Of a DNA stretch of 64,000 nucleotides, positions 41,583 through 50,811 are shown piece by piece. The stretch is from an uncultured Candidatus Entotheonella sp. (GTDB lineage Bacteria; Tectomicrobia; Entotheonellia; Entotheonellales; Entotheonellaceae). The notes below the pieces were generated by a model that worked only from the letters and a program-made list of their open reading frames with translations, was not told the DNA's origin and did not search any database. Positions within the stretch are counted from its first letter, which is position 1, and the number at the start of each line of letters is the position of its first letter. The stretch is taken from positions 3,168,001 through 3,232,000 of the forward strand of contig OZ244252.1 of assembly GCA_965217185.1 (NCBI GenBank). The letters are read 5' to 3'. A program made the translations under genes and the position numbers.

Positions 41583-43078
41583 GAGCCACTTGCAGAATTG
41601 CGTGTACGAGTGGGATTTTCTTTCTCCGTGTCAAGCACGGGGCAGGCTCTGGGGCTGATTGGTGGACATTGGGGCCGCTTTCTGATTCTGTTGAGTTGTC
41701 AAACAACCGAATCAGGAGGAACGACCCCAATGGCCTTACGTGAGATACTATCGAGTTACTGGTCTTGCTTTCAAGCGCTGCTGTTCCCGCAGCTTGAGGA
41801 AACGATCGGGGCGCTGGGGGAACGCCATCAGCGCTTCGTCATGGTGCTCGAATGGGTGCGGGTGGAAACGCTGCTGCCGTACCAGCACCGGCGTCGCGGC
41901 TGTCCGCCAAGCGACCGCGCGGCCTTAGCCCGCGCCTTCATCGCCAAGGCCGTCTTCGCGCTGGTTAGCACCCGGATGTTGCTTGATCGTCTGCGCCACG
42001 ACAGCACCCTGCGCCGGTTGTGCGGCTGGCGTAGCGTCAAGCACATTCCGAGCGAGGCGACGTTTTCACGTGCCTTTGCCGAATTTGCCGACAGCGCCTT
42101 GCCGAGCCACCTGCACGAGGCGCTGATCAAACGCACCCAGGGTGAGCGTCTGGCAGGCCATATTTCACGCGATTCGACGGCGATTGAAGGGCGCGAGAGA
42201 CCGACCCCGAAGGCGCCGCAGCCGGCCAAGCCGAAGCGGCGGCGCGGGCGTCCGCGCAAGGGCGAGGAGCGCCCCACGGAGCCGCGCCGTCTGGAGCGCC
42301 AGCGCAACATGACCCTGCCGGAGATGCTCGCCGACTTGCCGTACGCCTGTGACATTGGCGTCAAGCGCGACGCCAAAGGCTATCAGACGTCATGGAGCGG
42401 CTACAAGTTGCATATTGACGCGGCCGACGGCGCCATCCCGGTCAGTTGCCTGCTTACCTCGGCGTCGCTGCACGACAGCCAAGTCGCCATCCCGCTGGCG
42501 ACCCTGACGGCGGAGCGAGTCCGCAACCTGTATGACCTGATGGACAGCGCCTACGATGCCCCGGAAATCCGCGCCCACAGCCGCGCCCTGGGTCATGTTG
42601 CGATCATCGACGTCAACCCCCGCAGCGGCGCGCGCAAGCAGGCGCTGCGGCAGGAGAGGCAGGCACGGCGTGCCTGTGGGTTGGTCCTGTCTGAGGAGAG
42701 ACGTTACCACGAACGCTCGACCGTCGAGCGCGTCAATGGTCGCCTCAAGGATGAATTCGGAGGTCGCAGCGTGCGCGTGCGCGGCCATGCCAAGGTGCTG
42801 TGTCATCTGATGTTCGGGATTGTGGCGCTCACGGTTGATCAGTTGATGCGCTTGGTGACCTGAAGCTGGTCTCGCGGCCCCGTTTCCTCCATCCCGGCAC
42901 ACGCTGCTGTCCTGTACGCAGGGGGGAGAGTTGCGTCCGCATCGCAAGACGGGAGCCGGAACTCGGCACCGCCATGGCTGAATTCGTGGCAATTGGAACC
43001 ACCGACGGCAAATGATTCACCGTACGGTCTCATGACAACCGCTCCGAGGCCAAACTAGCGGAGTTTTGCAAGTGGCTC
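41583..43078 (+). mobile_element. Insertion sequence, 1496 bp, with 20-bp imperfect TIRs and 4-bp target duplication GGAT
   Basis: Left end GAGCCACTTGCAGAATTGCG, right end CGGAGTTTTGCAAGTGGCTC; GGAT at 41579-41582 and 43079-43082. Confidence 0.92.
41730..42863 (+). CDS. DDE transposase (IS5/IS1182-like)
   Basis: PSEATFSR, SRDSTAI, GYKLH, MDSAYD, RSTVERVN; AGGAGG RBS. Confidence 0.9.
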   Translation: MALREILSSYWSCFQALLFPQLEETIGALGERHQRFVMVLEWVRVETLLPYQHRRRGCPPSDRAALARAFIAKAVFALVSTRMLLDRLRHDSTLRRLCGWRSVKHIPSEATFSRAFAEFADSALPSHLHEALIKRTQGERLAGHISRDSTAIEGRERPTPKAPQPAKPKRRRGRPRKGEERPTEPRRLERQRNMTLPEMLADLPYACDIGVKRDAKGYQTSWSGYKLHIDAADGAIPVSCLLTSASLHDSQVAIPLATLTAERVRNLYDLMDSAYDAPEIRAHSRALGHVAIIDVNPRSGARKQALRQERQARRACGLVLSEERRYHERSTVERVNGRLKDEFGGRSVRVRGHAKVLCHLMFGIVALTVDQLMRLVT

Positions 43079-43104
43079 GGATGTTACCGGTTTGTACCGC
43101 CCAC

Positions 43105-43171
43105 CACTCCCCCCTTGAGGGGGAGCCGGCGAAACAAGGGCGCAGCCCGCAGGCGAGCCGGTGGGGGGAGT
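43105..43171. repeat. REP-like palindromic element
   Basis: CACTCCCCCCTTGAGGGGGAG…GGTGGGGGGAG. Confidence 0.55.
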
Positions 43172-43211
43172 CCAACGCCGCGCAAATGATGTCATCTGAT
43201 ACGGAAATGGT

Positions 43212-43898
43212 CTAATCGCCGCCCCGCGAGGCGCCGTTTGACGCGGGAACCAACTGCTTGATCTTCTGCCAGGCGGGGTAGTCGGACTTTAGCCACAGGC
43301 CGCCGACTTGCGGCACGAAGTTGAAAGCCTTGACGCGCACCCAATCGTCGTGCAGTTCCAGCACCGACAGAGCGCCGTTATCCAGATTCAGGCGGCGGTA
43401 GTCATTGAACGGCATGTTGAGGTAATGCGCCATCGTGGTGCGGATCACGTCGCCGTGCGACACGACGGCGATGACCCCCTGCGGATACCGGCGGCGGGCC
43501 GTTTCAACCGCTTCGACGCCGCGCCGTTGCACGTTGGGCAGGGTCTCGCCGTTGGGAAAGACGGCGTTAATCGGATCGTGGAACACGGCATGCGCTGCCG
43601 GGTGGGCGCGCTGGGTGTGGAAGAACGAACCCTCCCAGTCGCCGTAATCCACCTCGTGCAGGCTTGACACCTCCTCGATGGACTTGTCCAGCCGCTGCGC
43701 GACGGCCTCAGCGGTTTGACGGGCGCGCGCCACCGGGCTGGATAGGAGGTGGGTGACCCCGAGGGGCGCCAGCGCCTCGGCAGCCAGGCGGGCTTGCTCT
43801 TGCCCGCGCGTGTTCAGCGGCACCGCGCCCTGGCCGGAAATTTTGCCGCTGACGTTTTCATCCGTTTGACCGTGCCGAATCAGTATTACCAGCGCCAT
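43212..43898 (-). CDS. Histidine phosphatase family protein
   Basis: IRHGQT, EVDYGDWEG, VSHGD. Confidence 0.92.
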   Translation of the reverse strand: MALVILIRHGQTDENVSGKISGQGAVPLNTRGQEQARLAAEALAPLGVTHLLSSPVARARQTAEAVAQRLDKSIEEVSSLHEVDYGDWEGSFFHTQRAHPAAHAVFHDPINAVFPNGETLPNVQRRGVEAVETARRRYPQGVIAVVSHGDVIRTTMAHYLNMPFNDYRRLNLDNGALSVLELHDDWVRVKAFNFVPQVGGLWLKSDYPAWQKIKQLVPASNGASRGGD

Positions 43899-44009
43899 GC
43901 GCCCTTCGTCCTCCTGTCAGTGTAAGGCAGTGGCGGGCCGCGTCTCGTTTCCCCCTCACCCCAGCCCTCTCCCGTGAGGAGGTGGGCTATCAAGGAGGCC
44001 AAACCAGCG

Positions 44010-45179
44010 ATGCCGTCGCCTTTGGAAGGAATAACCGTTCTCGACTTTACCAGTTACATTGCCGGACCGTTCTGCCCCGTCATGCTGGCGGACATGGGCG
44101 CCGACGTGATCAAGATCGAAGCCCACGGCGGTGACCCGACGCGCGCCTTTCCCTCTTCCATGCCCAATGGCAGCCGATTGTTTGAGGGCGTGAATCGCAA
44201 CAAGCGGGGGCTGCAGCTCGATCTCAAACAGGCCGCCGGCCGCGAGGTCGTGTATCGCCTGGTGCGTCAGGCGGACGTCGTCGTCGAGAATTTCCGCCCG
44301 GGCACCGCAGAGCGCCTGCAGATCGGCTATGACGACTTGCGGCAACGGCAGCCGAAGCTCATCTACTGCGGCATTTCGGGTTACGGGTCCACCGGGCCGC
44401 TGTCCGGCAAGCCCGGTTTCGACCAGGTGCTGCAAACGATGACCGGCATCGCCGCGGCGCAGGGGCGCTCCTTGGGACGCCCGATGCTTGTCGGCGGCTC
44501 CATCGTCGATTTCTTCGCCGCCATGCTCGCCACGTACGGCGTCATGCTCGCCCTGTTCGTGCGCGAACGTACCGGCGAGGGGCAACGGGTCGATACGTCG
44601 CTGCTGGGCGCGGCGCTGTCGATGCAGGCCGGGCGTTTTGTGGCCAGCGAGCACGAGCCGCCCGACAACGAGCGTGACCTGGACACCGGTATCTCCGGCC
44701 TGTATGCCTGCCGGGAAGGCCACCTGTACATCTCGGCCCACGTCCAGAAATTCTGGCTGGCCCTGTGCGACGCCGTCGAGCTTCCCGAACTGGCCGCCGA
44801 TCCGCGTTACGACACCATGCGCAAGCGCAGCACCCACGCCCAGGAAGTGCGGGAGCGGCTGGAGGCCGTGTTCCAGACCCAGAGTGCCGACGAATGGGCG
44901 GCGAAACTGGAGGATGCCGGCGTGCCGAGCGCCGCGGCCGGCGCCATTCACAGTATGTTTACACACCCGCAGGTATTGGCCAATCAATTGGTTGAGCAGG
45001 TCGCCCACCCCACCTTGGGCACCCTGTCCCTCTTTGGCCTGCCGCTCAAGCTGAGCGCCACCCCCGGCTCGGTGCGCCGCGCCGCGCCGGTTCTGGGGCA
45101 GCACTCCGAGGAGATTCTCGCCGCCGCCGGTTACGACGCGCAGGAAATCGCCGCACTGCGCGAATCCCGGGTCATTTGA
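44010..45179 (+). CDS. CaiB/BaiF family CoA transferase
   Basis: LADMGADVIKIE, NRNKR, ENFRPG, catalytic D in IVDFFAA, APVLGQHS. Confidence 0.93.
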   Translation: MPSPLEGITVLDFTSYIAGPFCPVMLADMGADVIKIEAHGGDPTRAFPSSMPNGSRLFEGVNRNKRGLQLDLKQAAGREVVYRLVRQADVVVENFRPGTAERLQIGYDDLRQRQPKLIYCGISGYGSTGPLSGKPGFDQVLQTMTGIAAAQGRSLGRPMLVGGSIVDFFAAMLATYGVMLALFVRERTGEGQRVDTSLLGAALSMQAGRFVASEHEPPDNERDLDTGISGLYACREGHLYISAHVQKFWLALCDAVELPELAADPRYDTMRKRSTHAQEVRERLEAVFQTQSADEWAAKLEDAGVPSAAAGAIHSMFTHPQVLANQLVEQVAHPTLGTLSLFGLPLKLSATPGSVRRAAPVLGQHSEEILAAAGYDAQEIAALRESRVI

Positions 45180-45296
45180 AGCGACACCCGCGCAGCGATC
45201 TATTGAGTTGGCGAGGTGGTGGATTTGGGAAAGGCGGCCAAAAGGGAGCGGGCATGACGTGGCCGCCGTGGCGTTAGCGCGAATCTCTCCGGAGAG

Positions 45297-45329
45297 GCTG
45301 AAGCCCCGGATCAAGTCCGGGGCTTCAGC
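45297..45329. terminator. Hairpin between convergent genes (terminator or REP-like)
   Basis: GCTGAAGCCCCGGA-TCAAG-TCCGGGGCTTCAGC, a perfect 14-bp stem. Confidence 0.6.
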
Positions 45330-45335
45330 GTCGGG

Positions 45336-45812
45336 TCAGGCAAGACCCTGCAGCGTTTCTTGAATCTTGTCGAAATTCGGCAGGTCCCTGGGGCTTTCAA
45401 GGACTTCGGCGTACTGTACCTTGCCGCCCTTGTCGATAACGAAAGCGGCGCGCTTGGCGACGCCCGAAAAGCCCATCAGGTCTTCAAACTGGGCGCCGTA
45501 GGCTTTGCTGACGCCGCGGTTGAAATCGCTGACCAGGGTGAAATTGAGGTTTTCTTTTTCTTTCCACTGCTTCTGGGCGAAGGGGCTGTCGACGCTGATG
45601 CCCAACACTTCGGCGTCGAGTTGGCTATACGTATTGAGATTATCCCGCACCGAGCATAGCTCGTTGGTGCACACGCCCGTAAAGGCGAACGGCACGAACA
45701 GCAGCACGACGTTCTTCTGACCGCGAAAACCACTCAGCGCAACATCCTGCGTCTCGGTGTCCTTGAGCGTAAAATCCGGTGCCTCTTGCCCTACCTGTAC
45801 ACTCACAACCAC
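45336..45812 (-). CDS. Peroxiredoxin (AhpC/TSA family)
   Basis: PFAFTGVCTNELC, GISVDS; AGGAGG RBS. Confidence 0.92.
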   Translation of the reverse strand: MVVSVQVGQEAPDFTLKDTETQDVALSGFRGQKNVVLLFVPFAFTGVCTNELCSVRDNLNTYSQLDAEVLGISVDSPFAQKQWKEKENLNFTLVSDFNRGVSKAYGAQFEDLMGFSGVAKRAAFVIDKGGKVQYAEVLESPRDLPNFDKIQETLQGLA

Positions 45813-46078
45813 GCCTCCTGTATGGATAGATTTCCCCGCATACCTGCGGTAAAAGGGATTGTTTGGGAACGGCGCAAACTGTATCGGCTTTTGGCAGGGC
45901 CGTCAACTTGGCGCCGGGGCCTGCAAAGCCATTGCCAAACCGGGTACAGAGGCCGCTCACCCGGGGCTATGCGAGGTTTCGAACGTCATCGGAAACGGGG
46001 GACGGAATTGAATATCGCTGACCGATTCAAGCGTGGCGGAACCAGCTTTGGCAACGATGTGTCGGGGCGGGCGCTGCC

Positions 46079-48925
46079 ATGACACCGGGCGTATTCATCG
46101 CCAAATGGCGCGCCGCCGAGCTCAAGGAGCGCTCTGCCGCCCAGGAGCACTTCATCGACCTGTGCCGATTGCTGGACGAGCCGACACCCGCCGCGGCTGA
46201 CCCGACCGGTGAACACTACGGCTTCGAGCGCGGCGCCCGCAAGGACACCGGTGGCGGCGGCTGGGCCGACGTGTGGAAACGCCATCACTTCGCCTGGGAA
46301 TACAAAGGCAAGCACGCCAACCTGGACGCCGCCTTCAACCAGCTTCGGCAATACGCCCTGGCCCTTGAGAACCCGCCGCTGCTCATCGTCTCCGACATGG
46401 CGCGGTTCCGCATCCGCACCAACTGGACCAACAGCGTTAGCGAGACGCACGAGTTTACCCTGGACGACCTCGCCGACGCAGCCGTCCGGGATAAGCTCAA
46501 GTGGGCGATGTCCGACCCCGAACGGCTGCGGCCGGGCGAGAGCCGCCAGGCGCTCACCGAGCGCGCCGCGGCAACCTTCGCGGCGCTGGCGCAGTCGTTG
46601 CGCGCACGCGGCCACGAAGCGCAGGCGGTGGCGCATTTCGTCAACCGGCTCGTCTTCTGCATGTTCGCCGAGGATGTCGGCCTGCTGCCGAACAGCATGT
46701 TCACGCGCATGCTGGAGCACGCCCGCCAGCGGCCCGAGGACTTTGCTGTTCTGGCGCGCGACTTGTTCGGGGCGATGGCCACCGGCGGGCGCGTCGGCTT
46801 CGAGACGGTGGCGTGGTTCAACGGCGGGCTGTTCGACAACGATACCGCCTTGCCGCTGAACAAAGCCGAGATTGAAACCACCCTCAAGGCATCGGCGCTC
46901 GACTGGTCGGAGATTGACCCCTCCATCCTAGGCACGCTGTTCGAGCGCGGCCTCGACCCGAGTAAGCGTTCACAGCTTGGCGCCCATTACACCGACCGCG
47001 ACAAGATCATGCGCATCATCGAGCCGGTGGTGATGCGCCCGTGGCTGGCCGAGTGGGAGACGGCGAAAATCCGCATCGCGTCCAGCCTGGACAGGCAGGC
47101 GGCCGCCCAGTCAGCGTCCGCGCAGAGCAGACACCGCCGGGAGGCTGAGCGGTTGCTGGGCGAATTCCTCCAGCGGTTGCGCGCGTTCACGGTGTTCGAC
47201 CCTGCCTGCGGTTCGGGCAATTTCCTGTATCTGGCGCTGCAGGCCCTCAAGGACCTGGAGCACCGGGTGCAGTTGGAGGCCGAAGCGCTGGGGCTTCCCC
47301 GCGCCTTTCCCGAAACCGGCCCGGCCAACGTCAAGGGAATCGAGATCAACCCGTACGCTGCGGAACTGGCCCGCGTTTCGGTGTGGATCGGTGAGATTCA
47401 GTGGATGCGCCGCAATGGCTTTGCGGGGTCACGCGATCCGATCCTGAAGCCGCTGGATACCATCGAATGCCGCGATGCGGTGCTGTCGCCGGAGGGCGAC
47501 GAACCGGAGTGGCCGCAGGCGGACGTGGTGGTGGGCAACCCGCCGTTTCTGGGAAACAGGAAGCTCCGAAGTGAGTTGGGACATGATTACGCTGAAGCGT
47601 TGAGCCGGGCATGCAGTGGATTGGTACAGGGCAAACCGGACTTGGTTTGCTATTGGTTCGCCAAAGCCGGACGGCTGGTTGCCGAAGGGAAGGTTGAACG
47701 CGTCGGTCTGGTGGCAACGAACTCGATACGAGGCGGTACGAGTCGGTTGGTGTTGGAAAGAATCCTGAATGACTCGATCATTTTCGACGCTTGGCCGGAT
47801 GAGCCCTGGGTGGTAGAGGGGGCAGCGGTTCGAGTGTCGCTAATTAGTTTTGCACACAAACAGGCCGCCCATGCTGTGTTCTTGAGCGGGGCGGCGGCGG
47901 CCCGTATCAACGCAGACCTCACTGCGGAAACTTTTGATTTAACCCGCGCGCGGTCATTGGCGCGTAACGAGGGCGCTGCGTTTCAGGGAGACATTAAGCG
48001 CGGGCCGTTCGACATTCCCGGCGACCTCGCCCGTGAGTGGCTTCGCTTGCCCGCAAACCCGAACGGACGGCCCAATTCCGACGTGCTTAAACCCTGGGTC
48101 AACGGCATGGACCTGACGCGACGTCCGGCCGGCAAATGGATCGTCGATTTTGGCGACACGATGAGCGAAGTCGAAGCGGCGTTGTATGAAGCGCCGTTCG
48201 GCTATGTCGAAAAACATGTAAAACCCTTCCGCCAGAAAAATCGGGAGAGGGCAAGCCGGGAGTTCTGGTTCAGGCATTGGAATCCACGTCCCGCCATGTG
48301 GCAAGCGATCAAAGACCTGTCGCGCTACATTGCCACGTCACGCGTTGCGAAACACCGGCTGTTCGTCTGGTGTGATGCTCGGATATGCCCAGATACCCGA
48401 GTGGTTGTAATTACCCGCGACGACGACACGACCTTCGGTATCCTTCACAGCCGTTTTCATGAAGCCTGGTCATTGAAGCTGTGTAGCTGGCACGGTGTAG
48501 GTAACGATCCGACCTACAATCCAACCACGATCTTCCAACCTTTTCCCTTTCCCGAAGGGCTGTCGCCCGACATCCCTGCTTCGGCGTACGCAGACGACCC
48601 GCGCGCCGTCGCCATTGCCGAGGCCGCACGGCGGCTGGTTGAACTGCGCGACCGCTGGCTTAACCCGACCGAATGGGTGGAATGGGTCGACGAGCCGGTT
48701 CCCGGCTATCCCAAGCGGCCGGTGCCCCGCGACGAAGCCGCGGCGCGGGAACTCAAGAAACGCACTCTGACCAACCTCTACAATGCCCGCCCGCAATGGC
48801 TCGCCGATGCACACGCGGCCCTCGACGCTGCCGTGGCGGCGGCCTATGGGTGGGACGCGGCCATATCCGGCGATGAAGCGTTGCAGAAATTGCTGGCGCT
48901 CAATCTGGGGGGCAAGCACGGATAA
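46079..48925 (+). CDS. MmeI-like single-chain restriction-modification enzyme (N6-adenine MTase with N-terminal nuclease-like domain and TRD)
   Basis: WADVWK…WEYK, FNGGLF, GAHYT, DPACGSGNFL, GNPPF, RTLTNLYN. Confidence 0.88.
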   Translation: MTPGVFIAKWRAAELKERSAAQEHFIDLCRLLDEPTPAAADPTGEHYGFERGARKDTGGGGWADVWKRHHFAWEYKGKHANLDAAFNQLRQYALALENPPLLIVSDMARFRIRTNWTNSVSETHEFTLDDLADAAVRDKLKWAMSDPERLRPGESRQALTERAAATFAALAQSLRARGHEAQAVAHFVNRLVFCMFAEDVGLLPNSMFTRMLEHARQRPEDFAVLARDLFGAMATGGRVGFETVAWFNGGLFDNDTALPLNKAEIETTLKASALDWSEIDPSILGTLFERGLDPSKRSQLGAHYTDRDKIMRIIEPVVMRPWLAEWETAKIRIASSLDRQAAAQSASAQSRHRREAERLLGEFLQRLRAFTVFDPACGSGNFLYLALQALKDLEHRVQLEAEALGLPRAFPETGPANVKGIEINPYAAELARVSVWIGEIQWMRRNGFAGSRDPILKPLDTIECRDAVLSPEGDEPEWPQADVVVGNPPFLGNRKLRSELGHDYAEALSRACSGLVQGKPDLVCYWFAKAGRLVAEGKVERVGLVATNSIRGGTSRLVLERILNDSIIFDAWPDEPWVVEGAAVRVSLISFAHKQAAHAVFLSGAAAARINADLTAETFDLTRARSLARNEGAAFQGDIKRGPFDIPGDLAREWLRLPANPNGRPNSDVLKPWVNGMDLTRRPAGKWIVDFGDTMSEVEAALYEAPFGYVEKHVKPFRQKNRERASREFWFRHWNPRPAMWQAIKDLSRYIATSRVAKHRLFVWCDARICPDTRVVVITRDDDTTFGILHSRFHEAWSLKLCSWHGVGNDPTYNPTTIFQPFPFPEGLSPDIPASAYADDPRAVAIAEAARRLVELRDRWLNPTEWVEWVDEPVPGYPKRPVPRDEAAARELKKRTLTNLYNARPQWLADAHAALDAAVAAAYGWDAAISGDEALQKLLALNLGGKHG

Positions 48926-49100
48926 GCCGCCCGAAGAAAGCGATGACCGTTGCGGTATGTGTCTGGAAGATGCGGCTGGGTTGGGGCATGGGTCAGACGT
49001 TCAGGTGCACAGCAAGTCGGCGGTGAGATCATCAAGAAGGCGGCATCAGGTTTCGAGGCAGAATCAATCCACCTTTCTCACAACAGGGAGGGACTCCATC

Positions 49101-50045
49101 ATGCAGCAGGACACACCCCAACAACCCGCGATCGTGGAAGGCGCCGCCTCCGGCGCCGGGCCGGATGCTTCCTGGCGCTGGCCCGAGGCGCGCTGGCGGC
49201 AGGCGGTCAACCGGGTGCGGGCCGGCAAGGCGCTGCGGCCCAATACGTGGCCCGGCGGCGCGCAAGTGGCCGTGGCGCTGTCGTTCGACGTCGACCAGGA
49301 GACGTTGACGCTGCGGGACGGCAAAACGTCGCCGGCGCTCCTGGCGCAGGGTGAATACGGCTCTCGCGCCGGTCTGCCGCGTATCCTACGGCTATTGCAG
49401 CGGTACGACATTCCGGCGAGCTTCTACGTCCCTGGGGTGTCGGCGCTGCTGCACCCGGACGACGTGACGAACATTGCCGCGGCGGGCCATGAGATCGGGT
49501 TGCACGGCTGGATTCACGAACGCAACAGCCTGCTGGAACCGGCGGACGAACGAGACCTGACCCAGCGCGCCGCCGAGGTGCTGGAGAAACTCACCGGTAC
49601 CGCGCCCGTGGGGCTGCGTACCGCGTCTTGGGATTTTAGTGACGCCACCCTCAACATCATCCGCGACATGGGCCTGCTGTATGATTCCTCGCTGATGGGC
49701 GACGACGAGCCCTACGAAATCCTGCAGGATGGCGAGCCGACCGGCGTGGTGGAGCTGCCGGTGGAGTGGATCAAGGACGATTATCCCTACTTCGGCATGG
49801 ACCGCGTGACCACCATTCGCCCGCACACGGCGCCGTCATCGGTGGGTGAAATCTGGCGGCGCGAGTTCGACGGCGCTTACGCGGAACGCGGCCTGTTCCT
49901 GCTCACCATGCACCCCCACATCATCGGCCACCGCTCGCGCGTCAGCGTTCTCGACGAGTTGATCCGGCACATGCGCTCGCACAGCGGCGTGTGGTTCGCC
50001 ACCCACGCCGACATCGCACAATACGTCAAGGCGCAAGGGGGGTAG
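49101..50045 (+). CDS. Polysaccharide deacetylase family protein
   Basis: SFDVD, HEIGLHGWIHE, YDSS, LTMHPHIIG. Confidence 0.9.
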   Translation: MQQDTPQQPAIVEGAASGAGPDASWRWPEARWRQAVNRVRAGKALRPNTWPGGAQVAVALSFDVDQETLTLRDGKTSPALLAQGEYGSRAGLPRILRLLQRYDIPASFYVPGVSALLHPDDVTNIAAAGHEIGLHGWIHERNSLLEPADERDLTQRAAEVLEKLTGTAPVGLRTASWDFSDATLNIIRDMGLLYDSSLMGDDEPYEILQDGEPTGVVELPVEWIKDDYPYFGMDRVTTIRPHTAPSSVGEIWRREFDGAYAERGLFLLTMHPHIIGHRSRVSVLDELIRHMRSHSGVWFATHADIAQYVKAQGG

Positions 50046-50066
50046 AAATTGGATAGATGGAACGAA

Positions 50067-50276
50067 TTAGGCGTCTTGGAAATGCTGCCAGTCGATACCC
50101 AGTTGCCGAACAGCGGAACGGACGGTTCCTAATTTAAGGTCGCGGCCACCCCAATCCGGAACAACCGTTGCGCGCTGGTTGGGAGCAACCCATTTTCGAT
50201 GGGACCCCTTGCCTTGTCTCGTCAATTCGCGGCAGCCAAGGGTCGTCAGTTTCCGAGCGACTTCGCGATAATTCAC
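50067..50276 (-). CDS. hicA: HicA-family toxin
   Basis: 69 aa, basic, GKGSH motif, DLKLGTVRS. Confidence 0.88.
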   Translation of the reverse strand: MNYREVARKLTTLGCRELTRQGKGSHRKWVAPNQRATVVPDWGGRDLKLGTVRSAVRQLGIDWQHFQDA

Positions 50277-50518
50277 GGGGTTGACACCACAGTTTCCAAT
50301 CTTACGGGACTGTCTGTATCGGAAATGCGGGTAGCTTGAGGCAATGGCCGTCCCTGATCCTGGTATATTTCGACAACAGCTGCGAGCGCATCTTTTGCGT
50401 TGTCCAACGCTTCGGATATGGAGTCCCCTTCCGTGACCAACTCCGGTAGTACTGGAGAGGTTACGGTGAAGCCGCCCTCAGGCTGGGGCATCAGAATAAG
50501 GGGTATTTTGTAGTCCAT
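50273..50518 (-). CDS. hicB: HicB-family antitoxin (short)
   Basis: GGFTVTSPVLPELVTEGDSISEALDNAKDAL; GTGA overlap with hicA. Confidence 0.88.
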   Translation of the reverse strand: MDYKIPLILMPQPEGGFTVTSPVLPELVTEGDSISEALDNAKDALAAVVEIYQDQGRPLPQATRISDTDSPVRLETVVSTP

Positions 50519-50811
50519 GAGAACACCTCGCCCATCACTTACGTGTCACCTTCAGTATATGGCCTGCGAAACTCTCTGAACGTCGATTTCGCCCTTTCTA
50601 CGCTAATCCTCGGCGGGGTGCAAATTCGGTGCTCCGCTCGTTGAACGTGCTTAGATTCATGGCCGCGGCCCTGCCCGGGACCACTCATACCCGGCACTGG
50701 GCGTTACCTTGAGAGGCTCCCAACCGCCGTGTATACTGCCGCCCCGACGCGGGCCTTAAATCACAACCCATCCGGGGCACCTGCTGTGCCCCATTGCCTC
50801 AGGAGAACAAC

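Noticed and set aside
41583..43078. This IS as the autonomous partner of the MITE, because both ends contain AGTGGCTC/GAGCCACT
   Set aside because: The shared 8-mer is in opposite orientation relative to the element ends and the rest of the TIRs differ; probably coincidental.
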